DNA from: the human T2T-CHM13v2.0 reference genome, Homo sapiens
NCBI RefSeq assembly: GCF_009914755.1
Contig: NC_060944.1
Strand: one strand, 5' to 3'
Length of the DNA: 64,000 bases
Shown: positions 40,196-60,164 of the stretch, piece after piece
How the letters are laid out: each line of letters begins with the position of its first letter
Numbering within the stretch: position 1 is the first letter of the stretch
Notes under the pieces: model-generated
Seen by the model: the letters and a program-made list of their open reading frames with translations, nothing else
Databases searched by the model: none
Told to the model about the DNA's origin: nothing
Translations under genes and position numbers: made by a program

Positions 40196-41148
40196 CTGAC
40201 AAAGGTCACAAAGAAGAAAGAGTGAGGATCAAAAATGAGCTGCTCTTTCACTAAGCAGGACTGTGAATTCAGAAAAAAAATAAATTATTTTCGTTTTTAT
40301 ATCTTTCTTTCTGATTACAAACAAATGTAATACAAAGTTAGACCAGATTAAAATGTTAAAGAAATAAAAAACATTAAAAATGAAAGTGCTCTACAATCAT
40401 ATCAACTGAATAAAACCACTACCAAACTTTTGGTATATAATCTCTAACTTTTTTCCCACCTGTATGTATAAATGTATGTGTATATATGCATATATGTGTG
40501 TGTATACATAGGTTCCCTATTGATGGATTTTGGGGGTTTCTGCTTTTTCAAAACAGAAAGCACACTCAAAGGAGTGTTTTTCTAAGATGTTGGGTCAAAA
40601 GGTACCAATATTAAAAATATTTAGCAATCCTTGCTAAACTGCCTTTCAAAAGGGTTGAACAACCACTTTACACCACTGCCGAAAGTTTATGAGTCATAAT
40701 TCAAAGTTACGGCATGAGTGTTCACTTCTTAGTGCCTTTATCCAAAATTTTTAACTTGTCATAAACTAGTATTCTTTCAGTAAAATACCTATTCTAACAT
40801 ATATGAAAAAAGAAATAGAAGAATCTCTTCTGTGCCAAATAGAGTAAACATATACTCTCAAAACTCTAATTGATAATGTATGGCTTAAAAATATATTAAA
40901 TAACAACTATATTCTATGACAAATTAGAAGTAGCCTTACTAGTGAGAACAATGATTTACTGGAAGTACAGTAACTGTTAGACTCAAACCTACTTGCCTTC
41001 TTAGTAAGGATGTCGTTTTGACTCTGATGTACTCTTACCCTGTTTCCATCCCTGCCTTAGTCCCCTTGCTAGCACTGAGCTCTCAAAGGCACCCAGAGAG
41101 TTTTTCAGAGCACAGGTACTCAAGAAACTAATAAAAAATAAGGAAATT

Positions 41149-41453
<305 letters not shown>

Positions 41454-42099
41454 TTAGATATGTTGATTTCCATTTTAACTACTCCTAATTCTTTCAGATT
41501 CTAGGAATTTTTTTTTTAGGTTTATGTTTTTTGGGGAAAGGTGTGTATGTGTGTATAAATGTATATATGTCTGTATGTCAGAGTACCATTTAATAAAGAA
41601 AAAATAAACTTTTTCAACATCAATCATCCTGAGATCTACCTTAGGGAAATAGGTTGATAGCTAAACCATCATGGCTATTATATTATATTTTCATTGCAAC
41701 TTTTGACTTCATCCAACTCTTTCTTCATCTTTTCACCCATCAAGTCATTGACTTCTTCTTCAATCTCCATACTGTGGCCAAAGCCATTGCTTCTCTGCCC
41801 ACATTTGTCTTCTCTTACTACAAACTGTCTATGTCTGGGAGAGCCCATCTGACTATTCAGTTCTGATAAAAAGCAAATGAAAAAATATTAAGAGGAAAGT
41901 TAAAGGAAAACAAAAGTTCATGTATTAAATACTGACAAGCAACTAACAGATGTCAAATCCAATAAATTCTTCAATTCCAGAACTCTATCTATGCTATATT
42001 TGAATGCAAAAGCACATGTAAAAACTTACACAATGTCTAGTTTGGACACATCTTTAAACAGTGCTGGTCAATAAACACCTACTGAATGAAATGCATTAC

Positions 42100-42223
42100 C
42101 TCCCATCCAAGTCCAGCAACAAAGTCTTCATATGCTTGGCTTCCTCTTTCATTAGAGAGGATTGAACACTTGTCTTCTTGACCTTCAGCAATGTAAAACA
42201 CTGCGATTTTGTGTGTCTCACGG
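42100..42223 (-). CDS. RALGAPA2: RALGAPA2 GAP-domain exon ([18 protein letters not shown]...FVAGLGWE), 124 nt, phase 2/0
   Basis: tttatag acceptor, GAG|gtaatg donor; RapGAP/TSC2-family motifs HKIAVFY..GQ and LGW; frame missed by the ORF track. Confidence 0.96.
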
Positions 42224-42319
42224 CTATAAATTTTTAAATTTAAAGGAGTTAGAATTCTTATATGTAAAATTTTACTTCACTACTATTAATACCACCAGCA
42301 TGACTTCTACCACTGAGCT

Positions 42320-42540
42320 TACATTTACTGAGAACCTGCTAGAGGTCAGTCAGTGTTCTGAGATGGTCTGACACATAGTCTCATTTATTCTTCAAAACCA
42401 TGCTAAAGAGATGAGTATTATTATCACCTCCCTAGTAGAGGTGGTTGAAAGGAGGCACAGAAAGTGAAACAAAAAGCACATCCAGCAAGCTGGGGATGGG
42501 AACTGTCGCAAGGCCATCTGCTTCCTGAGACCATACCCTC
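42320..42540 (-). mobile_element. MIR
   Basis: catttactgagaacctgc..tctcatttattcttcaaaac..gaggcacagaaagtgaa. Confidence 0.6.
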
Positions 42541-44044
42541 AGACATAAGATACACCGACCAGAAGGCTGGGGCACACCATTTGGTAAGTTCTCTGTTTTT
42601 GGTAAAAAAATATCTTTTAAAGTATTTCAAATACATATAAATTGTGAATAGATCTATGTGACTGTCCATATTTAACTCTACACTTTAAGGCTACTGGGTG
42701 GCTCTGTGATTGGAACTATAAAATATGCCACGATTTTATGAGAAAAAGAAGATCCTTCCAAGCGAACACACTTAGGTATTTTCTTCATGAAGGGGTTTAC
42801 CAACTTCTGTACTCTGACTATTCTGAGGGTGCCTGACAGGGTGGATAGCTATTTAGTGGAACCCCTTTTAGCCATATAAACCCTTCATCTGCTTGTTCCA
42901 ACATAGATCTTGGATACTCTGGTATCAAATCAAGCAAAAGTGATGTGTACTTTGAAAAAAGAAGCCCTGCCATTTTCTCTTTTGCACATCTAGCATACTG
43001 CTTTGCATATAGTAGGTGTTCAGTTAAGTCTCTGTTACACTGAGCAGATATATGGTGATACATTTGAATGCATTAATAATAAATTTCTACAAATTATACC
43101 CTGGAGTAAAGCGACAAAATACCTGGGCCTAGACCAAGCATTTGGTGATAGTTTAGAGATGAAACACTGTTCTTATTCAAACGGAGCTTTGATTACGAAT
43201 CATTCATTCCCTAGCCCAATCACCCAAGAGTTTTGGTTTTTTTAAAGTTTCGATGTCCACTTCCAGAGCGGTTCCAACTTTCTCCTTTTTTTGCACTACA
43301 TTCTGATAAATCTCATAGGAATAACTGTCAAGTTCTTAAATACAGAAATATTTTTTCTGTCAAATTTAATATTTAATTTTTTAATATTTGTTTAGTATTT
43401 CAACATTGTAATTTGATTAGATATTGTATTGGTAGAACTGAGTTCCATATTTTAACAAATTATCTAAGATTTCCTTCTGTGTGAGTTATTTCTCTACTTA
43501 ATAATCAGAACTAACTGATTCTCAATTAAAAAGTCATACAAATAACTGGAGGAAGAGAGTTCTCTCCTTTTACTCAGCTTATTCACTTCCCCTATGGTTT
43601 ATATGCAATAAACATACTTGGAAGAAGAATTAGAAAATACAGAAAGAAAAGAGAAGAATAAAAATCACTTGCAGTTTCAACGGATAAGCAAAGAACATAG
43701 CCGTTACACCATTTTAGGATACACTTTTGCATGCACATATGAGAAGCTACTACATTCTGTTTTACAACAGATTTTTTCACTTAAAATATTTGTGAACACT
43801 TTTTTATTGTGGTAAAATATACATATCATAAAATTCACCATTTCAACCATTTTTTTAGTGTGAACACTTTTATATCATGTGCTTCTACAACAGAGGTTTA
43901 ATGATTGTAACAACATTCCATTATATTAATATGTCATGGCCCAAATCTTCATTTAGGTTGCTTTCATTTTAAAAGACATTTTCACGTTATCTTTAATACA
44001 TCCTTAAAGATAATCTTTAATGTTTTTAATCTTTTCACAATATC

Positions 44045-44344
44045 TTTTTTTGAGATAGTCTCACTTCGTCACCCAGGCTGGAGTGCAATGGCGTGATCTT
44101 GGATCACTGCAACCTCCACCTCCTGTGTTCCAGTGATTCTCGTGCCTCAGCCGTCCCAGTAGCTGGGACTACAGGTGCATGCTACCACACACCACCACAC
44201 CTGGCTAATTTTTTTTATTATTTTTAGTAGAGACAGGGTTTCGCCATGTTGGCCAGGCTGATCTCAAACTCCTGATCTCAGGTGATCCACCTGCCTTGGC
44301 CTCCCAAAGTGTTGGCTTTATAGGGTTGAGCACCATGCCCAGCC
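44045..44344 (-). mobile_element. AluS element
   Basis: Full dimer; caatatct flanking repeat. Confidence 0.95.
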
Positions 44345-47300
44345 CCAATATCTCTAATATGTCCTTAAAATAAATTTAGAAAACTTGTCCTCATGCAGCA
44401 GGAAGCCCTGAAAGTGCCACACCATTCACTGCCCTGAGCAACAGGCAGGGGACACCAATGGCGTAGAATCTAACTAGCCTATTCCAAGAGCTATAAAAAT
44501 TTGGGCACTTGGATAATAACAGAAACCATAACCTATGACCTAAAAGACTGTCTCTTTCAACAAAAGTGGAGAAGTATAGTTATTCAGTTTTTATCTGAAG
44601 GTCTCTCTACATATGTAAAAACTCCTCAGCATTTAATTTTTCTTTGTTTTATAGACTTTACATACATAAAAACAGCCTCAGGTTTATCTACAATGTTTCA
44701 GTTTATTCTCCTTAAAAATCTAAGCTGTTTCCATTGCAGCTGTTCCTAAGTCCTTGAGCCCTCATTAACTCAATGTGAGAGCACAAGAGAGCTAAGCCTG
44801 AATGATGGGCTGACCAATGTGAGTGTGAGGAAAGATGACCTTTAGTTGTAAACATTCATCAAATTTCACATTCTCCAAAATGTTAGTACCACAGAGAGCC
44901 TGCTAGGATGCAGAAGCTGTGTCTGGCCTTATTAAAGCCATGCTTTTGAAATGATAATTAGCAACATCAACAGCACTTCACATCCATAAGAAGCACACCA
45001 ATGCATGAAGGAGCAGGTAATTCAGAAACACACATACATGAAATTAACAATCTTCCCTTCCTCATTAGAATGCACTGTTCTTTCTTATTAGGAATAGACC
45101 AGAATAGCTCAGTTTCCTTGTGCTGTCACATGAAAAAGCCAAAGAAAAGCATGATTTTAACATCCACCTCCCCATGTAGTGGCAAGAAGGCATTTACATC
45201 TAACAGGGAAGCCCACTGTGATTTGTATGTACATTCATCATAGCACTGACAATCTAGACCATAGCTGCAAGATAGCCTCAACTTTTCCAAAGAACATGTT
45301 AAGAAGGAACTATACATCAAGAGCAGTGAGATACATTGATATCAGAATTAAACAGAAATGTTCTAAATGAAAGTTGACAGACAAGGTATTTTCTTACCTG
45401 CTACCTGACCAAAATACAGGGCAGTCTAGATTTCTCATAGCTGAAGAGTCCCAGACTTATTTCTAGTTTCTTCAAAAAGATCTTGAAAATACCCTTCACC
45501 ATAAAATAAGTTGATACCCATTTGATGTCAAGAAGACACTAAATCCAGGAGTTGGGGTTTTAAGTGAAGGTTGATCAAGGGGCAGGGGACTGCCACTCAG
45601 CTATTCAAAGCCATATTTCGTTGCAACAGTACCCCAGGGAGCTAATTCAATTGTACCTCATGCAACTAAAGTGCATTAACGCTCAACAAATTGACCGCAA
45701 TTACATGAAACCAAGTATTCACTTAATACTAAGAAGCCTGGAATAATTCAGCATACGCTTAAAAAGCTGAGTGTGGAACCCAAATGACTGCTTATTTAAT
45801 ACTGAAGGAAGGAGGGAGAGTGTGGTGAACCCCTGAGTTCTTCAGAATAAATCCCTTACAGAATTTCCATAGAGAAGTTGATCTATGTTCCTCTAGAGAA
45901 AAGGAATCACAAGAAGAATCAGGAAACAGAATACAGTGAAGGGCAAGGTGAGAAATGGCAGCTTCAGGTTTTTCATTTCTAATGACTTTAAAAAATTATT
46001 CAAATTCAAATCTTTTACTGTCTCACCTGATAAGTCAGGAAACAAAGACATTTAAAATGGCAATGGAGCTGCAGGCTTCTGGACAGAGAATGGCTCCTTT
46101 ATCCAGGTAAAACTACAAATGAATATTTTAATTTTGTGTTTTTAAAAAAATGTCTGCATATTTGATACTGAAATATTTATCACTCTTTAAGGCCACCTAG
46201 GAAAAAAGGCCCTCATGTCCCCTTCTGCAGAGGGAATCAGGTTTGGAACAGCCATCCTGTCACATTCCCAAGACTTGGAAACATACACAAAACAGTTCAT
46301 GCTTCAACATGTATGTAGCTATATGATGCAATAAGAGGCGCTCAGTGACCTGGGAGACAGGTGGGAAAGTAGAAGGGTGAAGAAAAGAAAAGAAAAAATG
46401 AAAAGAAAAGAAAACTTATGCCCTTCTGATTCCCACAAAATGGTCAATACAAACAAATCCATCTTAATACCATATGCTTCTGAAGGATGGAAACAATACA
46501 TAGCTGTGAGTAAGTTTAATATTATTTTATCTACTCAGTCCTTAGTGACATTACCAAAGGACCTTTCTGAAATATAATCTTCCAAGTGTTTAAAAGAAAA
46601 TTCCAACTGGACTTTGCTAGTTGGGTTTATATCCAATTCAAGAATTCAAAACACCAAAGAAGAATCACAGTTGTGAAGGTGATATGCAAATAATAGTGAC
46701 ATGAACCAAGAGTTTGCTTGAAAATAAAATTTAAGCATGTGTCACTTTGGGTTTCGATCAAAACTCTAAAATAAACAATAAAACCATCACAAAGCCACTG
46801 AAACACACACAATGGTGAAAATGTTCATTCAGCAGGCTCTAACTCATCGCTGTAAGTGCAAGCAGGAGAAGCTCATGACTTAGATGAGAAACGTGACAGT
46901 GGATGAAGGATTTAATGAATGGAATAAAGAGCTCTAGTAATTTTCTGAAATTCTAAGATATGACTTTGTCAAGATAAAGCAGGGCTCTGTTATTTCCTTT
47001 CTTCCTTCTTACTTCTCAGCCAGCAACTGTACCACCCTTTAAAAACATATAGATCAAAACAGATTTGAAAATTTTTGAGTTAATGAGTAGTAAGAAAAAT
47101 GTAGTGAAAAAATATAGTGTGAAGAGTTGAAAAATAAAATTGAGGAAAACAACCTGAATTTTTAATTTGAGAGCTGACAGAATATTAGAATATTCCTACA
47201 GGGAATAAAAGTGGTGTTTTTTTTTTTTAGAGTTTTTTAAAAAACTAAAGATTAAGGAGGCAGCTTATTCTCTTCGAAACTTTGGAACATCTGTTATGTA

Positions 47301-47942
47301 CCAAGTCCTATACTTATTCTTGACTTAGATGATTTCGGAAACACACATTCCCCAAATCAAACACTTTTCATGGTTGTGAGCTCATCTTTAGAAATGCTTC
47401 TGAGACAGTATAGAACAGGGGTGGATCTGAGTCTGGCCAGCTTTGGAGAATGAGCCTTATTAACAGAGAGTTACTAATTACAACACACTGGTTTTAACCT
47501 TTCCAACACTATGAAGCCACAAGTACAGAATGTTAGCGCCTTGATACACAACATGGATTCTGAAGTCAGACTCACTTGGCTTTAGATAATATGGTATGAG
47601 CAACCACGGGCTGTTAAACCTAGGTAAACTTTTTCTTCATCATAAGGAGGTGGTTGCAGAGATCAAATGAGAATAAATTTCTACTGGCAGCCACAAAGAA
47701 AGATAATCAAAAGTACAGATTAGGTGGGAGTGGTGACCTCTTTTTAGTGTATCAAACATGAAAGTTTATTCCTTATAGTAAAAAACACCAACGGTATGGC
47801 ATGCGCAAATGTCACCAGATGCTAGGTTACAGAACTACCCTTGGATGTCTCAGTAAGTCTATTCATTCCTGCTGTTGTATCTGTTATCCAAGAATACCCA
47901 AAGACAAACAGGAAAAAAGTGGTTTGATATACTTTCACATAC

Positions 47943-48014
47943 CACTGGCGGGAGTCCAAATTTTTCAGCTCTCTCAATAATTTTGAATTTTTCTTCAATA
48001 GATGAAAATTCTTC
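47943..48014 (-). CDS. RALGAPA2: RALGAPA2 coding exon ([23 protein letters not shown]), 72 nt, phase 2/2
   Basis: ttttctttatag acceptor, TG|gtatgt donor; LRELKNLD motif precedes the GAP domain. Confidence 0.95.
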
Positions 48015-48597
48015 CTATAAAGAAAAAAGGATGGAAGAAAAACCATGTGATTACAGAACCATTTTGCCGCTTTTCAATCAGTAATTTAATAAAAATACCT
48101 ATCATCCATCCTCTACCACCTCACTCACAAAAGATTTGTGATAGAAACCTACAGAATGAACTCCATCCTCCTTAAGACATGCAAAGGTATAAAAATTCCA
48201 TCAGCATCCCATTACTACCCAGTGACACAGATGGCTCTTTGGTGAGTATGTGACTTACATGCATGTGCCTGTGTGACTGTGTCTGTTTCCAGTGTCAGCT
48301 CTGCTGTGAATCCCTTTTCCCTACCTCTGTTCTTAAAAACTCCACTCCACTATCAGGGTCCAGCTCAAATCCTCCCCTTTCCACAAAGTCTTCTCCATTG
48401 CTCTGTACTTCCCATTGGATTTAATCATTACTCATGAACTCCTGTGTCATTCTATCCTTTATCAGAGTTGTATTAGGTCTATCTCCCACATCAGACCTAA
48501 GGTTAGACTGTGGCTTATTCACCTTTGTAGTTCATTTGCTTCCTGCATGAGGGCAGAAACAATAATGGACAAAGCAGTAATTAAAACACACACACTC

Positions 48598-49026
<429 letters not shown>

Positions 49027-49201
49027 TCATTTCTAGCTTTAATTTAGTAGCAGAAAATAAGCTGCAAATGTTAAAATAAAGAAAAATCTCCCTTCTCCTC
49101 TCTTCCCCAATCTTTTCTTCTTCCCCAACCACAAACTGATAAAAAGAACAAGTACATGAAAATAATGATAAAATAACTGGAGGTCTAGCTTGGATTGTTA
49201 C

Positions 49202-49973
49202 CTTCTGTCCCAAGAATTCATTCCCAAGTCATCAAGCAATAACCTGCAGAAATAAAAGGGTCCTCGAGGCTCCACTGGGGAGGGCTGCCCTTGGCTGGTG
49301 ACTTTCATTGCAGAATCGAAGTTATGACTCTGGATATACTCATCCTCTTGAGCATTTTGGCGCAAAATGACCTCAATGATTTCCTTCTCTTGGTCATAGT
49401 TCATGCCACATGGGGTTAGGGAAGGTTCATTTAGATTTAGCTGTGACGGTAAAAGGCATTCAGGACTTGTATGGCCAATGTTTTCAAGTAATTTGTCAAG
49501 AACATCATCCCCCTCCTCAACTTGAGAAGAGTCTTTCTGAGGTCCAAATGTGTCACGATGCCAGCTCGAAATCAGAAATGAAGGATTTCTTCCATTGGGT
49601 GCTAAGCAGCCTTCCAAAGGTCCATATAAAACCTTACCATCCCAAGAGTACTTCCCTGAGATATCCCTCACAATTACTCTCACATCAGAGAGAGAGCCCA
49701 CTGGTGATCCCCCTACCGGTCCTTCTGTGGGTGTCTGAAGGTAGGAGATGAGGGTGCTATCATTAAATACAAACAGCTGCAGGTTTGGACTTCTGAACAC
49801 CTCAAAGGACAGCTCGGAGCCTTCCACATGGGCATTGTCATGGTTCTCGCTGACAAGGCTGTGCAGTATGGCAGGGCCCCCACTGAGGGGGTAGTGCCCC
49901 AGGTGGTTCACCAGGTGGGCCATCACCATTCGAGCAGTCAAAGGGATCAACTCCAAACTTCTTCTCTTCTTCT
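49202..49973 (-). CDS. RALGAPA2: RALGAPA2 large coding exon ([29 protein letters not shown]...GMNSWDRR), 772 nt, phase 1/2
   Basis: gctgtttacag acceptor, AAG|gtaaca donor; 256 whole codons open; RalGAP-alpha motifs [26 protein letters not shown]. Confidence 0.97.
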
Positions 49974-50055
49974 CTGTAAACAGCGGTAAAGAAACATAAA
50001 GAGTCAGTGGTGAATGAAGATTAAAACTCAACACCTTTTTTTTGGGTGGGGGGCA

Positions 50056-55043
<4,988 letters not shown>

Positions 55044-56565
55044 ACCCTGACCAGAGATAGTTTTGTTATGGATGATGAAGCATTACACTGAGTGAAAAAA
55101 AATACCCTCAAATTTGAGCTCTTTCTTGCTTAACCTAAAATACCCACGCTATCACCTTTATTTTTCCTTTTCACTTTCTATATGATGTATCCGCTTGGCA
55201 AGGACGTGCACACCAATATGTTTTTAAGCATCTTGCCTATTTGCTTAGTTAATATGTCAGTGAATTTTAAAAACTCCTTTGTCAGAGAAGTTTAAGCAAT
55301 TATTTTTAGTACTTTAGAACTATCTTGGGAATGTTTCCCAAAGAGTATTGTACACTGAAAGAAAAATGGTGCCAGAATTTAAATGTATATTTTTAGGTTT
55401 TTCCTTTTTCAATAACCTATTTATCTTCTGCTATTTTTAAGTGACAACTCATAATAAATGGTGAACCTATTTTAGGGATAGCCATGTTTTGGGGATATAC
55501 TCATGTGGATGAGTATAAATTGATGACTTTAGGAAAAAACAAGTTAATTTTATTATAAGACATATGAACTTACAGTAGGGAACAACGAAATAGATTAAGA
55601 GTTGTTTCAATTACTTAATAAAAATAATTTATCATTGTGGGGGAAAAAGTAAAGCAGACATTGCAGTTGACAGTGGAGCTCCAGAAATAAACAATTAAAT
55701 GATTAAATAAATGGAGAACAAATCAAGAAAACAACATGAAAATGAACCATGTACCATCCACCACCAACACAACTCAAAACAAGAGTGTTAAGTCTACTCC
55801 ACGTCAAAACTTTCAGAGTAAATAATGCATTTTAGGAACTTGGTCATTAAATCTTAGGTTCAAATTCCACCTCCCTTACTTCTGACTTGTACACACCCCT
55901 GGGAATATCCCTTAACCTCAGTTTGCTCATCTACAAAATGCAGCTAAAATCAGGACTGCTAGATTTTAAGCCCTTGCTCATGACTGTCACCCCCAGTCCT
56001 GTCTTTTTCATCCTCATCTCACCTTCCCCTTCATGTCAGCTTGAACCTTGCTCCAGACTCTGTAGTGCTGCAAGCATACCCCTGGACCTTTGTCCTCCCT
56101 CACCCAGCCACTGCCTGCTGTGTCCTTCCTCCTTCCACTAAGGGCCTCACAAAAGGAGTCTGACTCAGGGATCTGACTGTCACTGCACAGGTCACCTGCT
56201 CATGTTATCTGGCTGGACCCACCACTCTGGTGAAAGTGCTCTGGCAAAACCTACCACCAAACACCTAGTTGGGAAATATAACAGCTCCTGTTTCATTCTC
56301 ACCTTCCCTAAGCTTTCTGAAGCAACTAGCACTGCTGACCTTTCTCAACTTCTTATTTGCTTTCTTCCTTGACTTGCTAGAAATGACTCTTTCTTGGTCC
56401 TCTTTCCACTTCCCTGACTTTGCTTTCCTGGTGACATTCCCTCACTCTGCTGTCCTTAAGGATGTTTCTGCCCACAAGGTTCTAGTCTTGGGCCTAGGTT
56501 TTTAACTTGTGAAGTCCATACAATTTTCATGGATGATCTAACACTTCACACCTACATCTCTTTAA

Positions 56566-56735
56566 TTTTTTTTTTTTTAAGATAGAGTCTCACTCTGTCG
56601 CTCAAGCTAGAGTGCAGTGGCGCTGATCACAGCAGCCTTGACCTCACAGACTCAAGTGGTCCTGTGCTCAAGTGATCTGCTCGCCTTGGCCTCCCAAAGT
56701 GACGGGATTACAGGTGGGAGCCATGATGCTTGGCC
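56566..56735 (-). mobile_element. Internally deleted AluJ-like element
   Basis: T-run, agagtctcactctgtcgc..cctcccaaagt..gattacagg. Confidence 0.8.
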
Positions 56736-56739
56736 TTCT

Positions 56740-56978
56740 TCTAATTTTTAGTGTTGAGACAACTGAAGATTCACATGCAGTTGTAAGCAGTAATACAGAG
56801 AGACCTCAAATACCTTTCATCTCAGGGTAACATCTTGCATACCTATAGGACAATATCACAGTCAGGAAGTTGACATTGATAATAATCCATCTATATTACT
56901 CAGTGTTCACCAGTTTTACATGCATGCATTTGTGTGTGTGTGTGTGTTTGGTTCTATGCAATTTTATCATATGTATAG
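56740..56978 (-). mobile_element. L1MC-type 3' end
   Basis: agattcacatgcagttgtaag..taatacagagaga..ttgacattgata. Confidence 0.7.
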
Positions 56979-57605
56979 ACAGTATACCCACATTCTACTC
57001 CCATTCCAAGGCCCAAAGCTGGGCTCTTATCATTCTGGGGAGAGGGGTGCTTAAGTAAGAAATACAGCAGGCTCTAAGTCCTGACAATCCCTATATGCTC
57101 TGAAATGGACTCTCTGCTATGAGCAGAGCAAATCTAAAACTGTAGCAAGTAAATTTCCATCTCTTTTTATGATGCTCTCCTAACTTGGAACAATCTATGA
57201 GCTCCTTTCAACACCTGCCCACCCTGCTAAGTCTGGCTTAAGTCCTTCTTCATGGAAAGCCCTCATGGTGCTACCAGTCCACAGTGAGTCCTTCTGGACT
57301 TCACTGTGTGTTTTCCATTAGATGTAAAGCTCCTTGAGGATAGAAAATGAGCCTTTTTTGTGAGTTCCATGGATTTGAGACATACCTGTCTTCAATAATA
57401 CAAAAACCATTTGAACTACTAAAATGGGAAAACAGAGGAGAAAAAAAGAAGAAACAAGGAAGGCAGAATTTGCCATCACAGAGGACTCCAGGAACTAGGA
57501 TTTCAACTTCAACAACTAGATTAAAAAAAAATAGAGCAAGCATGGCTAAAGGCTAAATCCTTCCTTTTCCTTCCCACAAGATTTCATACCTGAAAGAATA
57601 CTCAC

Positions 57606-57789
57606 CCTCTTCAACAGTCAGCAGGTTACCCAATTCTGCTGATGAATGATACTGGACTGGCTCAGAGCTCTTCACATTTGCCAGTGGCAGGAAGGGGTCA
57701 TAATCCGTGGATGACAAGTCAGCCAGGGTCAGTATGTAGTGACTCTGTTGGGTGTACGTGCTTGAGCCACACACACAGCAGTGCAAAAC
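57606..57789 (-). CDS. RALGAPA2: RALGAPA2 coding exon ([10 protein letters not shown]...GNLLTVEE), 184 nt, phase 0/1
   Basis: ctgttttcacag acceptor, GAGG|gtgagt donor; frame matches ORF 57553..57786. Confidence 0.95.
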
Positions 57790-58799
57790 CTGTGAAAACA
57801 GAGGCCATGTGCACCACGGATGCTACTCACCGCGTGTCCCCTGACAATCTGTCAAACTACTGCAGCACTTGGCAGCTAGGACTCCTGCTTGGTCCTAGCT
57901 GGAAATGGAATGACCACTCTTAAATATCTTCTTGCTATTAGCAAATTTATTTTGCTCCTTTCATATCAATGCCAAGAAATATGTTCTCAAGGCAAAAGGA
58001 AAGTAAAAGTTAAAAAGTACTTATTCACATTCTGTGTGATTGCACATACCTAAGTCCCCCTCCTGTCCACCAAAGGCGGCACAGGTAGAAGGAACTAATC
58101 TGGGGATGAAGGGTAGTGGTGGGACAGGCCAATCACGGTGGAGGGTGGAATGAGCACAACAAGCAGAGACCATTAGTGCACGTCATAACCAGTAATGAGT
58201 TTAAATTAGTATAACTCATGACGCCATAAATTGTAAGGGCTAACTTAATACAATTTTTAAATTATTCTTATTTTCACAAGATTAGTTCCTGAAAGTTCAC
58301 TGGTTGTTTACAAATTGCAGTTGATTGAAGATCTATCTACTCATTTGAGCCTTTGTACACATACAAGCCATGCAAACACAAATCATCTTGAATATGCCAA
58401 AATGCATAAATGAGGTAATAATTGTAACAGATTTCCCTTTTTAATCATAAATTCAAGATCATCAACTCCAAACACTGATTTTTATAAGAATCAAGGTAAT
58501 ACTTGAGAAAATAAGAAAACACCATTGGGTTAAATATATTTATGTAAAGTAAATTCACTTTTAGATGACTAGCTTTGGTTTGCTGACATGGCAAGAGGCC
58601 TTGTGGTCAGGTACCCTTTGTAAATAAGTACCAAGAATTACAGTTGTCAGGGCAACCACTTGACTATGTCCTCTTCCTAGCAAAAAATGCAGTATAGGAA
58701 AATCCTTATGGCAGCTCTCTTATTAATTTAAAAATTAAGCTGCAATCACTGAGAGAATTAATTTCTAGTAGCCAAAATGCAATAAATGTAGGAAATGCA

Positions 58800-59420
58800 C
58801 ATTAAAACCACACGTTATGTGTAAACTAGCACAACTACTTTGGAAAATTATTTGGTGTTCACCAATAAGGCAGAATACATGTATTCCAGCAACTTCACTC
58901 CTAGGTATACACCCAACAGAAATGCATACGTATATGTACAAAAAAAAAAAAAAAACCTTGAATATTCACATTTTATTGGTCCAAAACTCTAAACTATCCA
59001 AATGTCTATGAACGGTAAAATGTATAAATACATTGTGGTTTATTCTATGTAATACTATATATCACCAAGAGTGAAAAATCTGCAAATATTCACAACGGTT
59101 TGAATAAATCACTCAAAAATAATGTTGAGCAAAAGATGTCAGACAAAAGAGGATATACTGTATGACTCTTGTATAGAGTTCAAAACAGGCAAAACTACTC
59201 TGCTCTGTTACACAGGATAGCGGCTATCCCTGGACATGGGTATGGGACCAGTGGCTATGGGGAGGCACAGAGAAGGCTTCCAGGATGCCAGGAATGTTCT
59301 GTTTCCTGATCTGGACTCTGATTTTACAAGCATGCTCACTTGGTAAAAATTCACCAGGCTTTCACTTACAGACTGATGCAGTTTTCTGGAAGCATATTAT
59401 ACTTCAATAAAAAGTTTACT
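58800..59420 (+). mobile_element. L1ME/L1MC 3' end
   Basis: ccagcaacttcactcctaggtatacacccaacagaaatg..ttatacttcaataaaaag. Confidence 0.8.
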
Positions 59421-60164
59421 TTTAAAATACAAAACAAACAGTTATTTAGTAAATTTATGAATTTTTACTATGAGGTGACTTTTACAGTGGTAAAGCAATT
59501 TTAAGAGAAATCTTTAAGAAAAGAAAGAACTCAGAAAAGAGATTTACAAAAGTGATTGTGGCTAATGCCGTTGGCCCAAACCAAGCTCTGTACAGGTTTA
59601 TAAACCACAAAAACAACAGAAGTATCTAATGAATCCTAATATAGTTATTAAAATCTTTGACTACTGAAGAAACCATTTAAGAATACACAAATACTTTTTA
59701 GTAGAATTTCAACCACAATTAGGTGTTTTTTTTTTAAAGTAATACTTTTAAAAATAAGGCAACAAAGTAATCAGTCTGTGACTTGGACTCTTTTTTATTA
59801 TTAAAGGTTTCTTACTAAAAGAATAAACCACAGAATTTTCCCTCCATAGCAGTAATTATTCAGTGGACATGCAAATGCTAAACAAACAACCAAGGTTTGA
59901 GAGACACTGTTAAGACAAATTACAGAAGGATATTATAAGCAATCCAGAGCAAATGCCACACCTAGTCATCAGTGTGTATGTGTGTAGAGGGAAGGGATGG
60001 GGGGTTAACTAAGAATATTTTAAATGTTATAAAAATGATGACGCTAATTACTTTGATGTGACATAGTTCCTTAATTTATTTCTTAAGATTTTTTTGAGGC
60101 AAAACGATTATTAAGACCATTAAACCTTTTTCTTCCTTTGATAAACAGATTTTGTCAAACTAAT

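Noticed and set aside
49410-49751. Antisense ORFs over the large exon (also 57642-57923 and 61034-61344)
   Set aside because: Expected shadow ORFs opposite coding sequence; no promoter or splice evidence
57831-57898. Exon-like segment ending GCG|gtgagt just upstream of the 57789 acceptor
   Set aside because: Donor is only about 40 nt from the real acceptor and the frame contains a stop
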